64,000 bases of DNA from an uncultured delta proteobacterium (lineage in GTDB: Bacteria > Desulfobacterota > Binatia > UBA9968), in the NCBI GenBank assembly GCA_963771465.1, contig CAVYTU010000015.1, positions 992,001 through 1,056,000 of the forward strand, given 5' to 3'. Positions 35,508 to 45,282 of this stretch are shown piece by piece; the stretch's first letter is position 1, and each line of letters starts with the position of its first letter. The position numbers and the translations under genes were made by a program. The notes under the pieces are model-generated. The model saw only the letters and a program-made list of their open reading frames with translations, had not been told where the DNA came from and did no database searches.

Positions 35508-35549
35508 CGTAAAATTCTAGAATGCCTTCTGTTCAGATTTTTCCCGATC

Positions 35550-35733
35550 ATGGATGCTTCAAATAACCTATTTCTATTATTCAGCGCCGCGTCGTCGTCC
35601 TGGAGATCGTGCTCGGAACGGCGCTTCGGCTGAAGTTTGAACCACAACCTCTGCTTGGGCCGTGGAATGACAACGGCCCGGACGGGCTAAAACAGTACGG
35701 TGCGGTGCCAGATTTTAGCTTGATGGAGCGGCG
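35550..35733 (+). pseudogene. Degenerate duplicate of the 5' end of the SCO gene at 37204
   Basis: Shares GTCGTCGTCCTGG.GATCGTGCTCGG and GTGGAATGACAACGGCCCGGACGGGCTAAA with 37204-37385; has indels and is truncated. Confidence 0.85.
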
Positions 35734-35744
35734 CGTTGCATGCA

Positions 35745-35930
35745 ATTGAGAATATTTCCCAACGTGTAAACCCCCGATAAGTGCCAATCCGAGAATGTAC
35801 CCACTCTGAAGGTTTGCCCAAAGGACCAGGAGAATTGGAAACAGGGAGTAGTGGAATTTCTTACTCTCGGTTTGATGGGACTCGATAAATTGTCTAGCGA
35901 GCCAGTGAACAAAGAAGTCAGCGGTGGCTT
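35745..35930 (-). pseudogene. Fragment of a GT-C-like membrane protein gene
   Basis: Translates FPILLVLWANLQSGYILGLALIG, resembling the WANLHGG motif; no start or end context. Confidence 0.45.
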
Positions 35931-35933
35931 GAA

Positions 35934-35945
35934 CTCTACACAAAC
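35934..35945 (+). repeat. 12-mer CTCTACACAAAC, copy 2
   Basis: Exact copy. Confidence 0.8.
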
Positions 35946-36012
35946 GGTACGCTAATCGAATTTCCGTCGATATATGTTTTGCAAGAACAGAACGATCGAC
36001 CAGTGCGCACAG

Positions 36013-36984
36013 CTAGTTTTTTACAACGCGAATAATCATGATGGGATTATAGGATTCATCGCCAAACGCTAAACTCCATTCACTCGAACAGTTCAGACAT
36101 TGATCACCACGTGAAGTGAACCAAAGCAGCACTTCATGATATGAGACCGAAGTACAAGCATCGCTATCGTTAACCCAGTATTGCTCATAGTTCGCGTCTA
36201 ACTTGATAAAGTGCAGACGTGATGGCCCACCGCCAAACCGAGAGCCCAGAGAGCGCAAAAAGCGCACCTGGCGGGATTGAAGGTTGTAGAACGCTGAGGA
36301 GTCGGCGATCAAGGTCGTCGCTTTCTTGAGCTTGCCCCAAATGTTGAAATCGCTGTAGGGCCGCACACGATAGCCTTGTGCGGCGTAACGATCGACGTCG
36401 TTGCCGACGAGAAGAAGAATATGTCCACCCGGTTTAACGACACGTCGCATTTCCAGGAGCGCTTTTTCAGGGTTGGGAATATGTTCCAGCACCCAGATCG
36501 ACCACAGCGCGTCAAATGAATTATCTGGAAACGGCATATTGGTCGCCGACGCTTCGACAAATGGTTTATGAAAAAAATGACGCGCGGTTGCCGAAATATC
36601 CAGAGCCGTGTAATCATCGACGATATCTTGGAGAAGGCCGCTTCCAGCGCCAACTTCCAAAACTTTTTTGTCTTTCAATCCAAACTTCGCAACAAACTCA
36701 GCGACGGTTGCCGGAATCTTCGCCCTGAAAGCTGCATCCCGCGCAATGTCGATATAGAATTTATCCTGTGCCGATACGGGCACAGTCGAGGATGGTGGGA
36801 TTGTGTCCTTGGTCAGCTTGGATTCGCTGGAATAGGCCTGCTCATAAAAGCGACGAGGCTCCGAGTTCAACGATTCATCACCTTGTGGATCGATACTCCA
36901 GGGAAAGGTTATCGCGGTTGCGATGGCACTGGCGAGTACTAGGCATGTATAGCCAATTATCAAAAAACACCTGATTGGTTTCAT
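36013..36984 (-). CDS. Class I SAM-dependent methyltransferase with N-terminal TM
   Basis: VLEVGAGSG, PFPDNSFDA, VLEHIPNP, RVVKPGG motifs. Confidence 0.88.
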   Translation of the reverse strand: MKPIRCFLIIGYTCLVLASAIATAITFPWSIDPQGDESLNSEPRRFYEQAYSSESKLTKDTIPPSSTVPVSAQDKFYIDIARDAAFRAKIPATVAEFVAKFGLKDKKVLEVGAGSGLLQDIVDDYTALDISATARHFFHKPFVEASATNMPFPDNSFDALWSIWVLEHIPNPEKALLEMRRVVKPGGHILLLVGNDVDRYAAQGYRVRPYSDFNIWGKLKKATTLIADSSAFYNLQSRQVRFLRSLGSRFGGGPSRLHFIKLDANYEQYWVNDSDACTSVSYHEVLLWFTSRGDQCLNCSSEWSLAFGDESYNPIMIIRVVKN

Positions 36985-37146
36985 ATAATCGTCACCGCGG
37001 GTTGACTAATCTTGCGCGAAAAAGCTGTAGCAGAGATTAGATCTCGCATCCCTCGGATCATCGTACTGAATTCTAACAGATGATGAGCCACGACGTCAGC
37101 AAAAATACTCCCACCGGAGAACTAGACACAGCAATCTTTCCATCGA

Positions 37147-37158
37147 CTCTACACAAAC
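37147..37158 (+). repeat. 12-mer CTCTACACAAAC, copy 3
   Basis: Exact copy upstream of the intact SCO gene. Confidence 0.8.
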
Positions 37159-37203
37159 GCTTAATTTCCCGATAAAATCCCGTCTGGCTAATCTGCTCCG
37201 CTC

Positions 37204-37848
37204 ATGAACGATTCAAAACGTTTCTTGTTATTCAGCACCGCGGTCGTCGTCCTGGGGATCGTGCTCGGCACGGCGCTTTGGTTGAAGCTCGAACCGCAGC
37301 GTCAACTCGGGGCGTGGAATGACAACGGCCCGGACGGGCTAAAGCAGTACGGCGCGGTGCCGGAATTTTCCTTGATGGAGCGGAGCGGCGCCGGCGTCGA
37401 TCTTGCCCAGTTGCGTGGCAAGATCTGGGTTGCTGACTTTATCTACACGACTTGCACCGACACCTGTCCGTTGCAAACCGGCATGATGGCAAGGTTGCAA
37501 GAAGAGTACGCCTCCAAGCCCGATGTCCATTTAGTTTCGGTCACCGTCGATCCCGAACGTGACACGCCCCAGACTTTGTCGCTCTACGCCGCAAAGCATG
37601 GAGCGGATGCCAAGCGCTGGTTATTTTTAACCGGACAACGAGATCGCATCATGAATCTGATTCGCGACGGTTTTCATTTAAGCGTGGCAACCTTGCCCAA
37701 CAGCGCCGAGCCAACCGGCATGATCCCGCACAGCCCGCGCTTTGTTCTGATCGACAAAGAGGCGCGTATCCGTGGCTATTATGACAGCCGCGAACTCGAA
37801 GCGTTTGTCCGGCTGAAAAATGACATTGACACGTTATTGAAAAGTTAA
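37204..37848 (+). CDS. SCO1/SenC family protein
   Basis: N-terminal TM, YTTCTDTCP, VDPERDT, IPHS. Confidence 0.93.
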   Translation: MNDSKRFLLFSTAVVVLGIVLGTALWLKLEPQRQLGAWNDNGPDGLKQYGAVPEFSLMERSGAGVDLAQLRGKIWVADFIYTTCTDTCPLQTGMMARLQEEYASKPDVHLVSVTVDPERDTPQTLSLYAAKHGADAKRWLFLTGQRDRIMNLIRDGFHLSVATLPNSAEPTGMIPHSPRFVLIDKEARIRGYYDSRELEAFVRLKNDIDTLLKS

Positions 37849-37863
37849 AAGGAGCCTGTCCCG

Positions 37864-38739
37864 ATGGCGCAAGAGACCAGAAGCAAGAAAGGTAAGCAAC
37901 CGGCGGCAAAAGGATTATTACGCGCCGGACCGAATTGGCCGCTGTTTATTCTTGCTCTGCTCGGCATGGTGTTGTCCGGCTACCTCACTTTTACCGCTTG
38001 GCAAGGCAGGCTCGTCGCCTTTTGCACCGAAGGCGCCGGCTGCGACCTCGTGCTTAACAGCCGTTGGTCGACGCTGTTCGGCATGCCGACATCTTTTTGG
38101 GGTTTTCTCACCTATGGTTTGCTCGCCGCGGTGGCATGGAACCGTTATGCCGATAATCAGTGGCGCTGGGCTTGGGTCATTTCGCTCTTCGGCTTGCTGT
38201 TCAGTTCCTATTTGACAGCTATTTCATTTTTTGAGCTCAAGGCCGCTTGTCCCTATTGCCTCGCGTCGCTCGGCATTATGGCGGCGATCTTCGTCATGAC
38301 AACCCTGCAACGTCCGGCGAATCTACCCAAATTTTCTTGGGGGCCATGGCTCGGCAAATCACTCGGCGCGGCGGCCGCAGTGATCATCGCGCTTCATCTC
38401 TATTTCGCCGGGTATTGGGGCGACGCGCCGGGACCGGAAGATCCCTGGGTCAGGAATCTGGCTGAACATTTGACCCGGTCAGACGTCAAATTCTACGGCG
38501 CCTCATGGTGCCCGCATTGCCAAGATCAGAAAAAATTGTTCGGCAGCTCTGTGAACCGAATACCATATATCGAATGTAGCCCAGGCGGGCCCAATACGCC
38601 CCAAGCAGCGGAATGTAAGACAAAGGGTATTCAGACCTATCCCACTTGGATCGTTAACGGTCAGCGGCATACCGGCGTGTTACCCCTCGATACCTTGGCC
38701 CAACTGAGCAAATTCAACTACCAGGGAGGAAAGCCGTAA
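37864..38739 (+). CDS. VKOR fused to a C-terminal thioredoxin-like domain
   Basis: FCTEGAGC..VLNS, CPYC, then FYGASWCPHC and YPTW. Confidence 0.92.
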   Translation: MAQETRSKKGKQPAAKGLLRAGPNWPLFILALLGMVLSGYLTFTAWQGRLVAFCTEGAGCDLVLNSRWSTLFGMPTSFWGFLTYGLLAAVAWNRYADNQWRWAWVISLFGLLFSSYLTAISFFELKAACPYCLASLGIMAAIFVMTTLQRPANLPKFSWGPWLGKSLGAAAAVIIALHLYFAGYWGDAPGPEDPWVRNLAEHLTRSDVKFYGASWCPHCQDQKKLFGSSVNRIPYIECSPGGPNTPQAAECKTKGIQTYPTWIVNGQRHTGVLPLDTLAQLSKFNYQGGKP

Positions 38740-39206
38740 TGCACGTGTCGTCGGGGAAACAAATATTAATCTTCGCTCTCGTCCTGAGTTGGAGTGCGAT
38801 GGCAATCCAGACAAATGCCAATGCCGATCCGTCGAAGTATCCGGAGTTTGCCCAGCAAACTCTGCCGGAAAACGTTACGCCGGCTTTTATCAACGTCGAC
38901 GAATTGGTCGAACTGGTGAAGGCCGGCACCAAGCCGATGATCATCGATGTGCGCACGGACGAAGAGTTCAAAGAAGCGCATATCCTAGGCGCCATGTCCG
39001 CGCCGCTCGCGGAATTCAAAAATTTCGTCAAAGACATTCCTCGCGATCGGCCGGTCGCGCTCTATTGAGCCTGTCCCCATCACCTGGCCAGTTTGGCCTA
39101 TGGCATTCTTTATGAAAACGGTTACCGCAACATGAAAGTGCTCGACGAAGGCATCAAAGGTTGGCACGAAAAACGCTACCCGATGGCCGGAACCCTGTTC
39201 CGTTAA
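38739..39206 (+). CDS. Exported rhodanese-like protein, probable selenoprotein (UGA at 39066-39068)
   Basis: IIDVR..EF...HI.GA; the frame continues past TGA as Y-U-ACPHH...GYRNMKVLDEGIKGW to TAA 39206, completing the domain; hairpin downstream of the UGA. Confidence 0.85.
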
Positions 39207-39215
39207 GCGTGACCG

Positions 39216-39908
39216 ATGGCCGGCACAGACGCTGTTATCCTTTTGAGCGGCGGCATCGATTCCACTACTGCCGCGGCCATCGCTATACAACAAGGCTATC
39301 AACTGCACGCTCTGACCTTTTGCTATGGCCAACGCCACCAACGAGAAATCGAGTCGGCCAAGCGCGTTGCAAGTTTTCTACCGGCCAAAACGCACCGCGT
39401 CATCGAATTCGATCTGAGGTCGATCGGCGGCTCCGCGCTGACCGATCAAATCGCGGTACCCAAAGGACGGAATGACCAGGAGATCGCCGACGGCATTCCG
39501 ATCACTTACGTGCCGGCACGCAACACGATTTTTTTATCCTTCGGTTTGGCGCTGGCGGAGCGCGTCGGCGCGGCGGATATTTTTTTTGGCGCCAACCAAC
39601 TCGACTACAGCGGCTATCCGGACTGCCGCGAAGAATATATCGCGGCTTTCGAAAACATGGCCAACCTTGCCACCCAAGCCGGAGTCGAAGGCAAGACCCG
39701 ACTAAAAATCCACGCGCCGTTGCTCCAGATGACTAAAGCGGACATCATTAACAAAGGCTTGGAACTCGGCCTCGATTACGGCCTCACGTGGAGCTGCTAC
39801 GATCCGGGAAATAATGGAATAGCCTGCGGCCTGTGCGACAGTTGCCGGCTGCGGCTCAAGGGATTTCAAGCAGCCGGCCGCGTCGATCCGATCGCTTACG
39901 CGCGCTAA
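39216..39908 (+). CDS. queC: 7-cyano-7-deazaguanine synthase
   Basis: SGGIDS, YGQRH, YVPARN, YPDCR, TWSCY...CGLCDSC. Confidence 0.96.
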   Translation: MAGTDAVILLSGGIDSTTAAAIAIQQGYQLHALTFCYGQRHQREIESAKRVASFLPAKTHRVIEFDLRSIGGSALTDQIAVPKGRNDQEIADGIPITYVPARNTIFLSFGLALAERVGAADIFFGANQLDYSGYPDCREEYIAAFENMANLATQAGVEGKTRLKIHAPLLQMTKADIINKGLELGLDYGLTWSCYDPGNNGIACGLCDSCRLRLKGFQAAGRVDPIAYAR

Positions 39909-39916
39909 GTCTAAAT

Positions 39917-40804
39917 ATGTTGCCCGCGCCGTTCACGCCGCATTTTCTCACCCAGTTGGAAACTCTCCGGCTGCGTACCCGAAAGGAATTTCTCGGCAGC
40001 CATACGGGCAGTTATTCCTCACCGCGCCGCGGCACAAGTTTGGAGTTCGCCGACTACCGCCGCTATGCGCCAGGTGACGATCTGCGTTATCTCGACTGGG
40101 GCATCTACGCGCGCACCGACCGGCTCTATGTGAAAGTTTACCGCGAAGAAGTCGACCTGTTCGCCTACGTCTTTATCGACGCCAGCGCGTCGATGGCGTT
40201 CCCATCGCGCGAGCAAAAGTTCCTGCCGGCCTCCCACGTTGCTCTGGCGCTTTCGTATGTCATTCTGGCGAATCACGATCACGTCAAGTTGCATCTGCTG
40301 CAGGATCGCAGCAGCGCCTCGCCGTTTTATCGTGGCCGGCGACGTATGGCGGATTGCGTCAATTTCGCGACCGGGGCCAATGTCGGCGGCGCGCTCGACT
40401 TAGCCACATCCTTAAGCGACCACTTGCAACGCTTGCGTCGGCCGGGGAAAGCGATCTTGATCTCAGATTTTTTAATGCCGGCCGCTGCCTACCAGAAGGG
40501 ACTCAATCTGCTGCGCGCGTTTAATCTCGATATCGCCGCGATTCAAGTGCTGACGCGCCAGGAAGTCGATCCCGATTTCCCCGCCGGTAGTTTGGCGCTG
40601 ATCGACAGCGAGAGCCAACGAGAAATTCGCTATCAATGGAACGGCACCGCACGGCGCGATTATCAAACGCGTCTGGCCCATCACAATCTCGAGCTCAAAA
40701 GTTTCTGCCATCAAAGCGGCATTCACTACTCGCTCTACGTCAACGATCGCGACTTGAGCGATTTTATTTTCGCCACCCTGCCGGCCATCGGACTATTTAA
40801 ATAA
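39917..40804 (+). CDS. DUF58 family protein
   Basis: GTSLEFADYRRYAPGDDLRYLDW, DASASM, ISDF. Confidence 0.92.
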   Translation: MLPAPFTPHFLTQLETLRLRTRKEFLGSHTGSYSSPRRGTSLEFADYRRYAPGDDLRYLDWGIYARTDRLYVKVYREEVDLFAYVFIDASASMAFPSREQKFLPASHVALALSYVILANHDHVKLHLLQDRSSASPFYRGRRRMADCVNFATGANVGGALDLATSLSDHLQRLRRPGKAILISDFLMPAAAYQKGLNLLRAFNLDIAAIQVLTRQEVDPDFPAGSLALIDSESQREIRYQWNGTARRDYQTRLAHHNLELKSFCHQSGIHYSLYVNDRDLSDFIFATLPAIGLFK

Positions 40805-40808
40805 GGCC

Positions 40809-42629
40809 ATGGAATTCTTGAATCCCAGCGCTCTGTTCGGCCTGCTAGCCTTGCCGCTGTTGTTGCTGCCGTATCTCATCCGGCGTAAACCGCGCCGTTT
40901 GGTATTTTCCAGCTTGCTCTTGTTCATGGACGCCGGCGAAACGGCGAGCCGCCGTCCCTGGGGCCGCATTCACTTGCCTTGGATATTTTTTTTGCAGTTG
41001 CTGATGCTGACTTTGTTGATCTTGGCGCTCAGCGAACCGATGTTTTCCGTGCGCCCGACTCATATCGCTATCGTCCTCGATAATTCGGCGAGCATGCAAG
41101 CGCTGGAAGGCGGCAAAACGCGCTTCGCACTGGCACAAGCAAAAGCCAACGCGCTGCTTGACGAAGTCGGCGCCGCCGGCACGGTCGATCTTTATGCCAC
41201 TACGCCGCGGTTGGAAAAAATACGCGCCGCGTCACTGACGCCAGCCGAGGCCAAGGGCGCGATCATGAGCATGGAGCCCTTCGACCTCGCCGACCCGCCG
41301 GCGGATTATGACAACCTGCTCAACCAGCTGGCGCGCGAACAGAAGTATGAGCGTATCTACTTAATTAGCGATCACCCGGCACGCGGCCAAACCGCGGCGA
41401 TCCGCGTCGTTCAAGTCGGCCAAACGCAAGCCAATTTCGCCATCACTCAGTTCGATATCCAACGCTCGTCATTAGTCAACGCGGGGTCGGAAGCGACGAT
41501 TGAAGTCACAAGCTTTTCCGACCGTGATGAAAAGCTCAAAGTTCGCTTGAAAAGCGGCGCGACGGACCTTGCCACCCGCGATCTCGTGGTCAGCGCCGGC
41601 AAAAGTGCCAGTTTAACCTTCCAAGGTTTTGCCGACCATTCGTTCTATGCAGCCGAGATCGACGTTCGTGACGGCTTGCCGCTCGATAATCGGCGCTATG
41701 CGGTGGCGCCCGCCACGCGCGGTCTGCGTGTCCTGGCGATTACACCGCGGCCGCGGGCGTTGGAAAGTTTGCGGGCGATCCCGGGCATCATGATCGAGAT
41801 TGTTTCTCCCAATGATTATGAGAAATCGTCGCGCACCGGTTTCGGTTTGGAAATTTTTCATTTCGCCGCGCCGGCCTCGTTACCGCAAAACAACTCTCTG
41901 TTTATCTTGCCGCCGGAAAGCAACTCGCTGGTCGATCTCGGCAACCCGGTTAACGATGTCAACGTAACCAACTGGCGCGATCCCCATACGTTAACTCGTT
42001 ATGTGAACTTCAATCTCTTTCGGCCGAGCTATGCTCGCCCGCTCAAGCCGCAAAGCACGGGCGAAATCGTCATCGAAAGCAGCAAAGGCCCGCTCGCCTT
42101 CAGCGTCGAGCGCCAGGGATTTCGTTATCTTACTCTCGGGTTTGATCCGTTTCCCTATTTGGGCCGCGACAATCTGCCGATGTCGATCTTCACTCTTAAC
42201 TTGCTCGACTGGCTTTTCGAAAGCCAAGGCGAACGAGGCCGAGCCACGGGCACGCCGATCCCACTGGGCAAGGTCGGCGCAGGCGACCGCATCATTACGC
42301 CGCCTGGGCAAAAAATTGCCGTGAGACCCGGCGCTAACTATTTCGCCGGCGCGTTTTTTCAAGGCATCTATCAACTGCAGCACGACGGCGAGTCGCAGCG
42401 CTTCGCCCGTAACTTGCAGGATAGAAGCGAATCCGACTTGCGCGCCCCGGTGCCCATCGAACTGCGCAGTCGCGCGGGAGTTAACAACGAGACGTCAGCG
42501 CTGTTTGCCTTTTGGCCTTACCTTTTAATTGTTTCGGTAATCTTGCTCATGCTCGAGTGGTTTATTAACCCGCGCATGAGGTCGTACAGTTTCTGGCGAC
42601 TGGCAAAACCGCTGCCGCAGCGATCATGA
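40809..42629 (+). CDS. BatA and VWA domain protein
   Basis: MEFLNP BatA N-terminus, DNSASM MIDAS, ISDH, C-terminal LLMLEW TM. Confidence 0.85.
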   Translation: MEFLNPSALFGLLALPLLLLPYLIRRKPRRLVFSSLLLFMDAGETASRRPWGRIHLPWIFFLQLLMLTLLILALSEPMFSVRPTHIAIVLDNSASMQALEGGKTRFALAQAKANALLDEVGAAGTVDLYATTPRLEKIRAASLTPAEAKGAIMSMEPFDLADPPADYDNLLNQLAREQKYERIYLISDHPARGQTAAIRVVQVGQTQANFAITQFDIQRSSLVNAGSEATIEVTSFSDRDEKLKVRLKSGATDLATRDLVVSAGKSASLTFQGFADHSFYAAEIDVRDGLPLDNRRYAVAPATRGLRVLAITPRPRALESLRAIPGIMIEIVSPNDYEKSSRTGFGLEIFHFAAPASLPQNNSLFILPPESNSLVDLGNPVNDVNVTNWRDPHTLTRYVNFNLFRPSYARPLKPQSTGEIVIESSKGPLAFSVERQGFRYLTLGFDPFPYLGRDNLPMSIFTLNLLDWLFESQGERGRATGTPIPLGKVGAGDRIITPPGQKIAVRPGANYFAGAFFQGIYQLQHDGESQRFARNLQDRSESDLRAPVPIELRSRAGVNNETSALFAFWPYLLIVSVILLMLEWFINPRMRSYSFWRLAKPLPQRS

Positions 42630-45165
42630 AAGCGATTTTTTCAAATATCGAATTCACCCGGCCTTACCTTTTTTGGCTGTTTTTGTTGCTGCCGGTGATC
42701 TGGGCTCGCTTTGGCGACCGCCGTCTTTGGGTGATCGTCGCGCGCACGCTGGTTTTGTCCCTGTTGATTCTGACTCTCGCTGACCCACAGCGAGTGTCCG
42801 AGCAAGCACGCCGGGAAGAGCGGGTCTTCGCCTATGATGTGTCGCGTAGCGTTCCCACCGGGATGCGTCAGTGGATGGAGAAGACCACGGCAGCGCTTGC
42901 ACCGCGGCGTGACGACCGAATTTATGCTTTCGCCGCCGCGGCCGACGAACGCGCCAGTTCCAGTCAAGCGCTGAGCGGAGATATCAGCGCCGCCCAACCC
43001 GAGAAGACCAATCTGGAAAATCTCTTGAGTACGGTGTTGGCGTTGCCACCGGCGCCGCGCAGCCTGTTGCTTTTTTCCGACGGTTGGGAAACCGATGGCA
43101 ACGTCGAGCGCTTGCTCCCCGCGGCGGCGGCCGCCGGGCTCAAAATCTATCCGATGTTGCCGGCGGAGCGCCAGGCGCTCGCCAACGTCGCCGTAACCCG
43201 CCTCACGACTCCAAGCCAGGGGAATAGCGGCGAATCGCTCAATCTCAAAGTGGTGCTCGATAATCAAAACGATCGCGCCGTTGACGGCACATTAACGCTC
43301 ACGCGCAATGGTCAGCCGTTTAGAACCGAGGCGGTCAGACTCAATCCGGGCAGTCAGACGTTTAGCTATCAAGCCAATCTCAACGACGGGGCGCTCACCT
43401 CGTTTCAAGCGAGCTTCGCCGCCCGCGACAAAAATCTCGACGGCTTTACCGCCGACAATCACGCGCTAGCCTGGGTGAGCGTGCGTTCCAAGGCCAAAGT
43501 CCTGATCGTCAACGGCCCAGGCGGCGCAGGGCGTTACTTAGACGAGATCGTCAAGCGGCAAGGTTTTGAAGTCACCGCGCGCAGTGCCGAGAACGCGCCG
43601 CCGCCAATCGGTTATAAAGTAGTCATATTCAACAACGCCGAGCGCGATCGATTTCCCGCCGGCTATCTGGCTAGCGTCGAACGCCATGTTGCGCAAGGCA
43701 ATGGTTTTATCATGCTCGGCGCTGATGCCAGTTTCGCCCCGGCGAGTTACCGCCAGACGCCCATCGAAAGAATTTTACCTGTTGAGCCTAAAGAACCGCC
43801 CAAGCGCGAAGAGAAAAACCGTGCCGTAGTTTTGGTCATCGACAAGTCGGGAAGCATGCGTGATGACAACCGGATCATCTACGCCAAGGAAGCGGCCAAA
43901 GCCGTCGCCCGCCAACTGAAAGACATCGACCTTCTTGGCGTCATCGGTTTCGATGACACCCCTTCGTCGTCGTTTATCTCGAAACCATGTCCCGGTTGCG
44001 CGGCGTGGTCGAAAATCAGATCGATCGTCTCAAACCTGGCGGGCAAACCTATTTCCTACCCGCGCTGCACGAAGCCCGGCGTCAGTTGGAACGGGTCAAT
44101 GCATCGCGCAAGCATATTATCTTGCTCAGCGATGGCGTCACCCGCGGCAGCCAAGGCGAGCTTGTCGATCTGGTGGGCCTAATGAAAAACGAGCTAAAAA
44201 TCACCGTCTCCGCGGTCGCCATCAGTAACGAGGCCGACGTGAGAATCATGAAACGGGTCGCCCAGTACGGTGGCGGTCTGTTTCACCACACCATCGATCC
44301 GTCATCACTGCCGCAGGTCGTCTTAGAACAGCTGCAAGACAAGCCGAAAGACGATCCCCAGGACAACCGACCGTTGATCCCGCAGCAAGCCAACGGATCG
44401 GAGCTGCTGGCGGGCTTCGCACAGCGATACTTTCCGGCTGTGCTCGGCTACATGGAAACCGACGTTAAACGAGGCGCACAATTGGATGTGCTGATCCAGC
44501 GCGACGACCGGCGCGCGCCGCTTCTGGCGTCATGGCGTTACGCCAAGGGTAAGTCGGTGGCGCTGACCACAGACTTAGAGGGTCGCTGGACCAAAAACTG
44601 GGTTCCATGGGGCGGACTTCAGTCGTTTTGGGGCAAAATACTCGAATGGCTCAGTCCGCCCGAAGAGAACCTAATTCCAATTCATGAAGCGCGGGTTAGC
44701 TTTTCCGATGGTCAATCGATTTTGGATCTCTCGGTCTATGAAGATTCCAGTGCCAATAGTCAGTTCCGTTTTGCTCTGAGCGGCGCCGCCAAGGCCGAAG
44801 GCTTCCTAACCAAACTTGCCCCCGGTCATTTCCAAGCGCTCCTGCCCATATCAACCACGGGCGATTACCGGATCGACTTGGCTGAGGATCGCGGCGGGCG
44901 GCGCGTTGCATTTCCACCAGTCGGTTACCGCCTCGCTTTTGACCGGGCGAGCGAGGTTCCTCGACCTAACTTCAATACTCGACTGTTGTCCAAGCTCGCC
45001 GAAACCACGGGCGGCGAAATAAATCCACAATCACTAGACACCCTTAAACGGGAATCGCTTTCCAAGAACTACCAACCGGTACGCCAGCCGCTGATCGTTT
45101 TAGCGTTTTTGTTGTTCCTCGGTGAGATTGCGATTCGGAGACTTATTCTATCTGAATTGGACTAA
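42626..45165 (+). CDS. Large double-VWA/GATase-like membrane protein; -1 frameshift near 43960
   Basis: DVSRSV and DKSGSM MIDAS motifs; adding one C gives FDDTPFVVVYLETMSRL, joining ORFs 42626 and 43987. Confidence 0.85.
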
Positions 45166-45235
45166 AACCTTGGGGCAGCCCCCCTATCCACAGCCCCCCC
45201 GCAGAATTCCTGAACAAATACGCGGATTTTTTCGA

Positions 45236-45264
45236 TTGACAGCCAGGGGATAACAAACTATAAA
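45236..45264 (+). promoter_or_regulatory. sigma70 promoter of the M23-pgpA-cinA-recA region
   Basis: TTGACA-N17-TATAAA. Confidence 0.7.
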
Positions 45265-45282
45265 GTGAAAGCTTTGTTTACT

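Noticed and set aside
35496-37158. Integron attC array or CRISPR interpretation of the 12-mer repeats
   Set aside because: No RYYYAAC/GTTRRRY palindromes, no intI or cas, irregular spacing and repeats too short.
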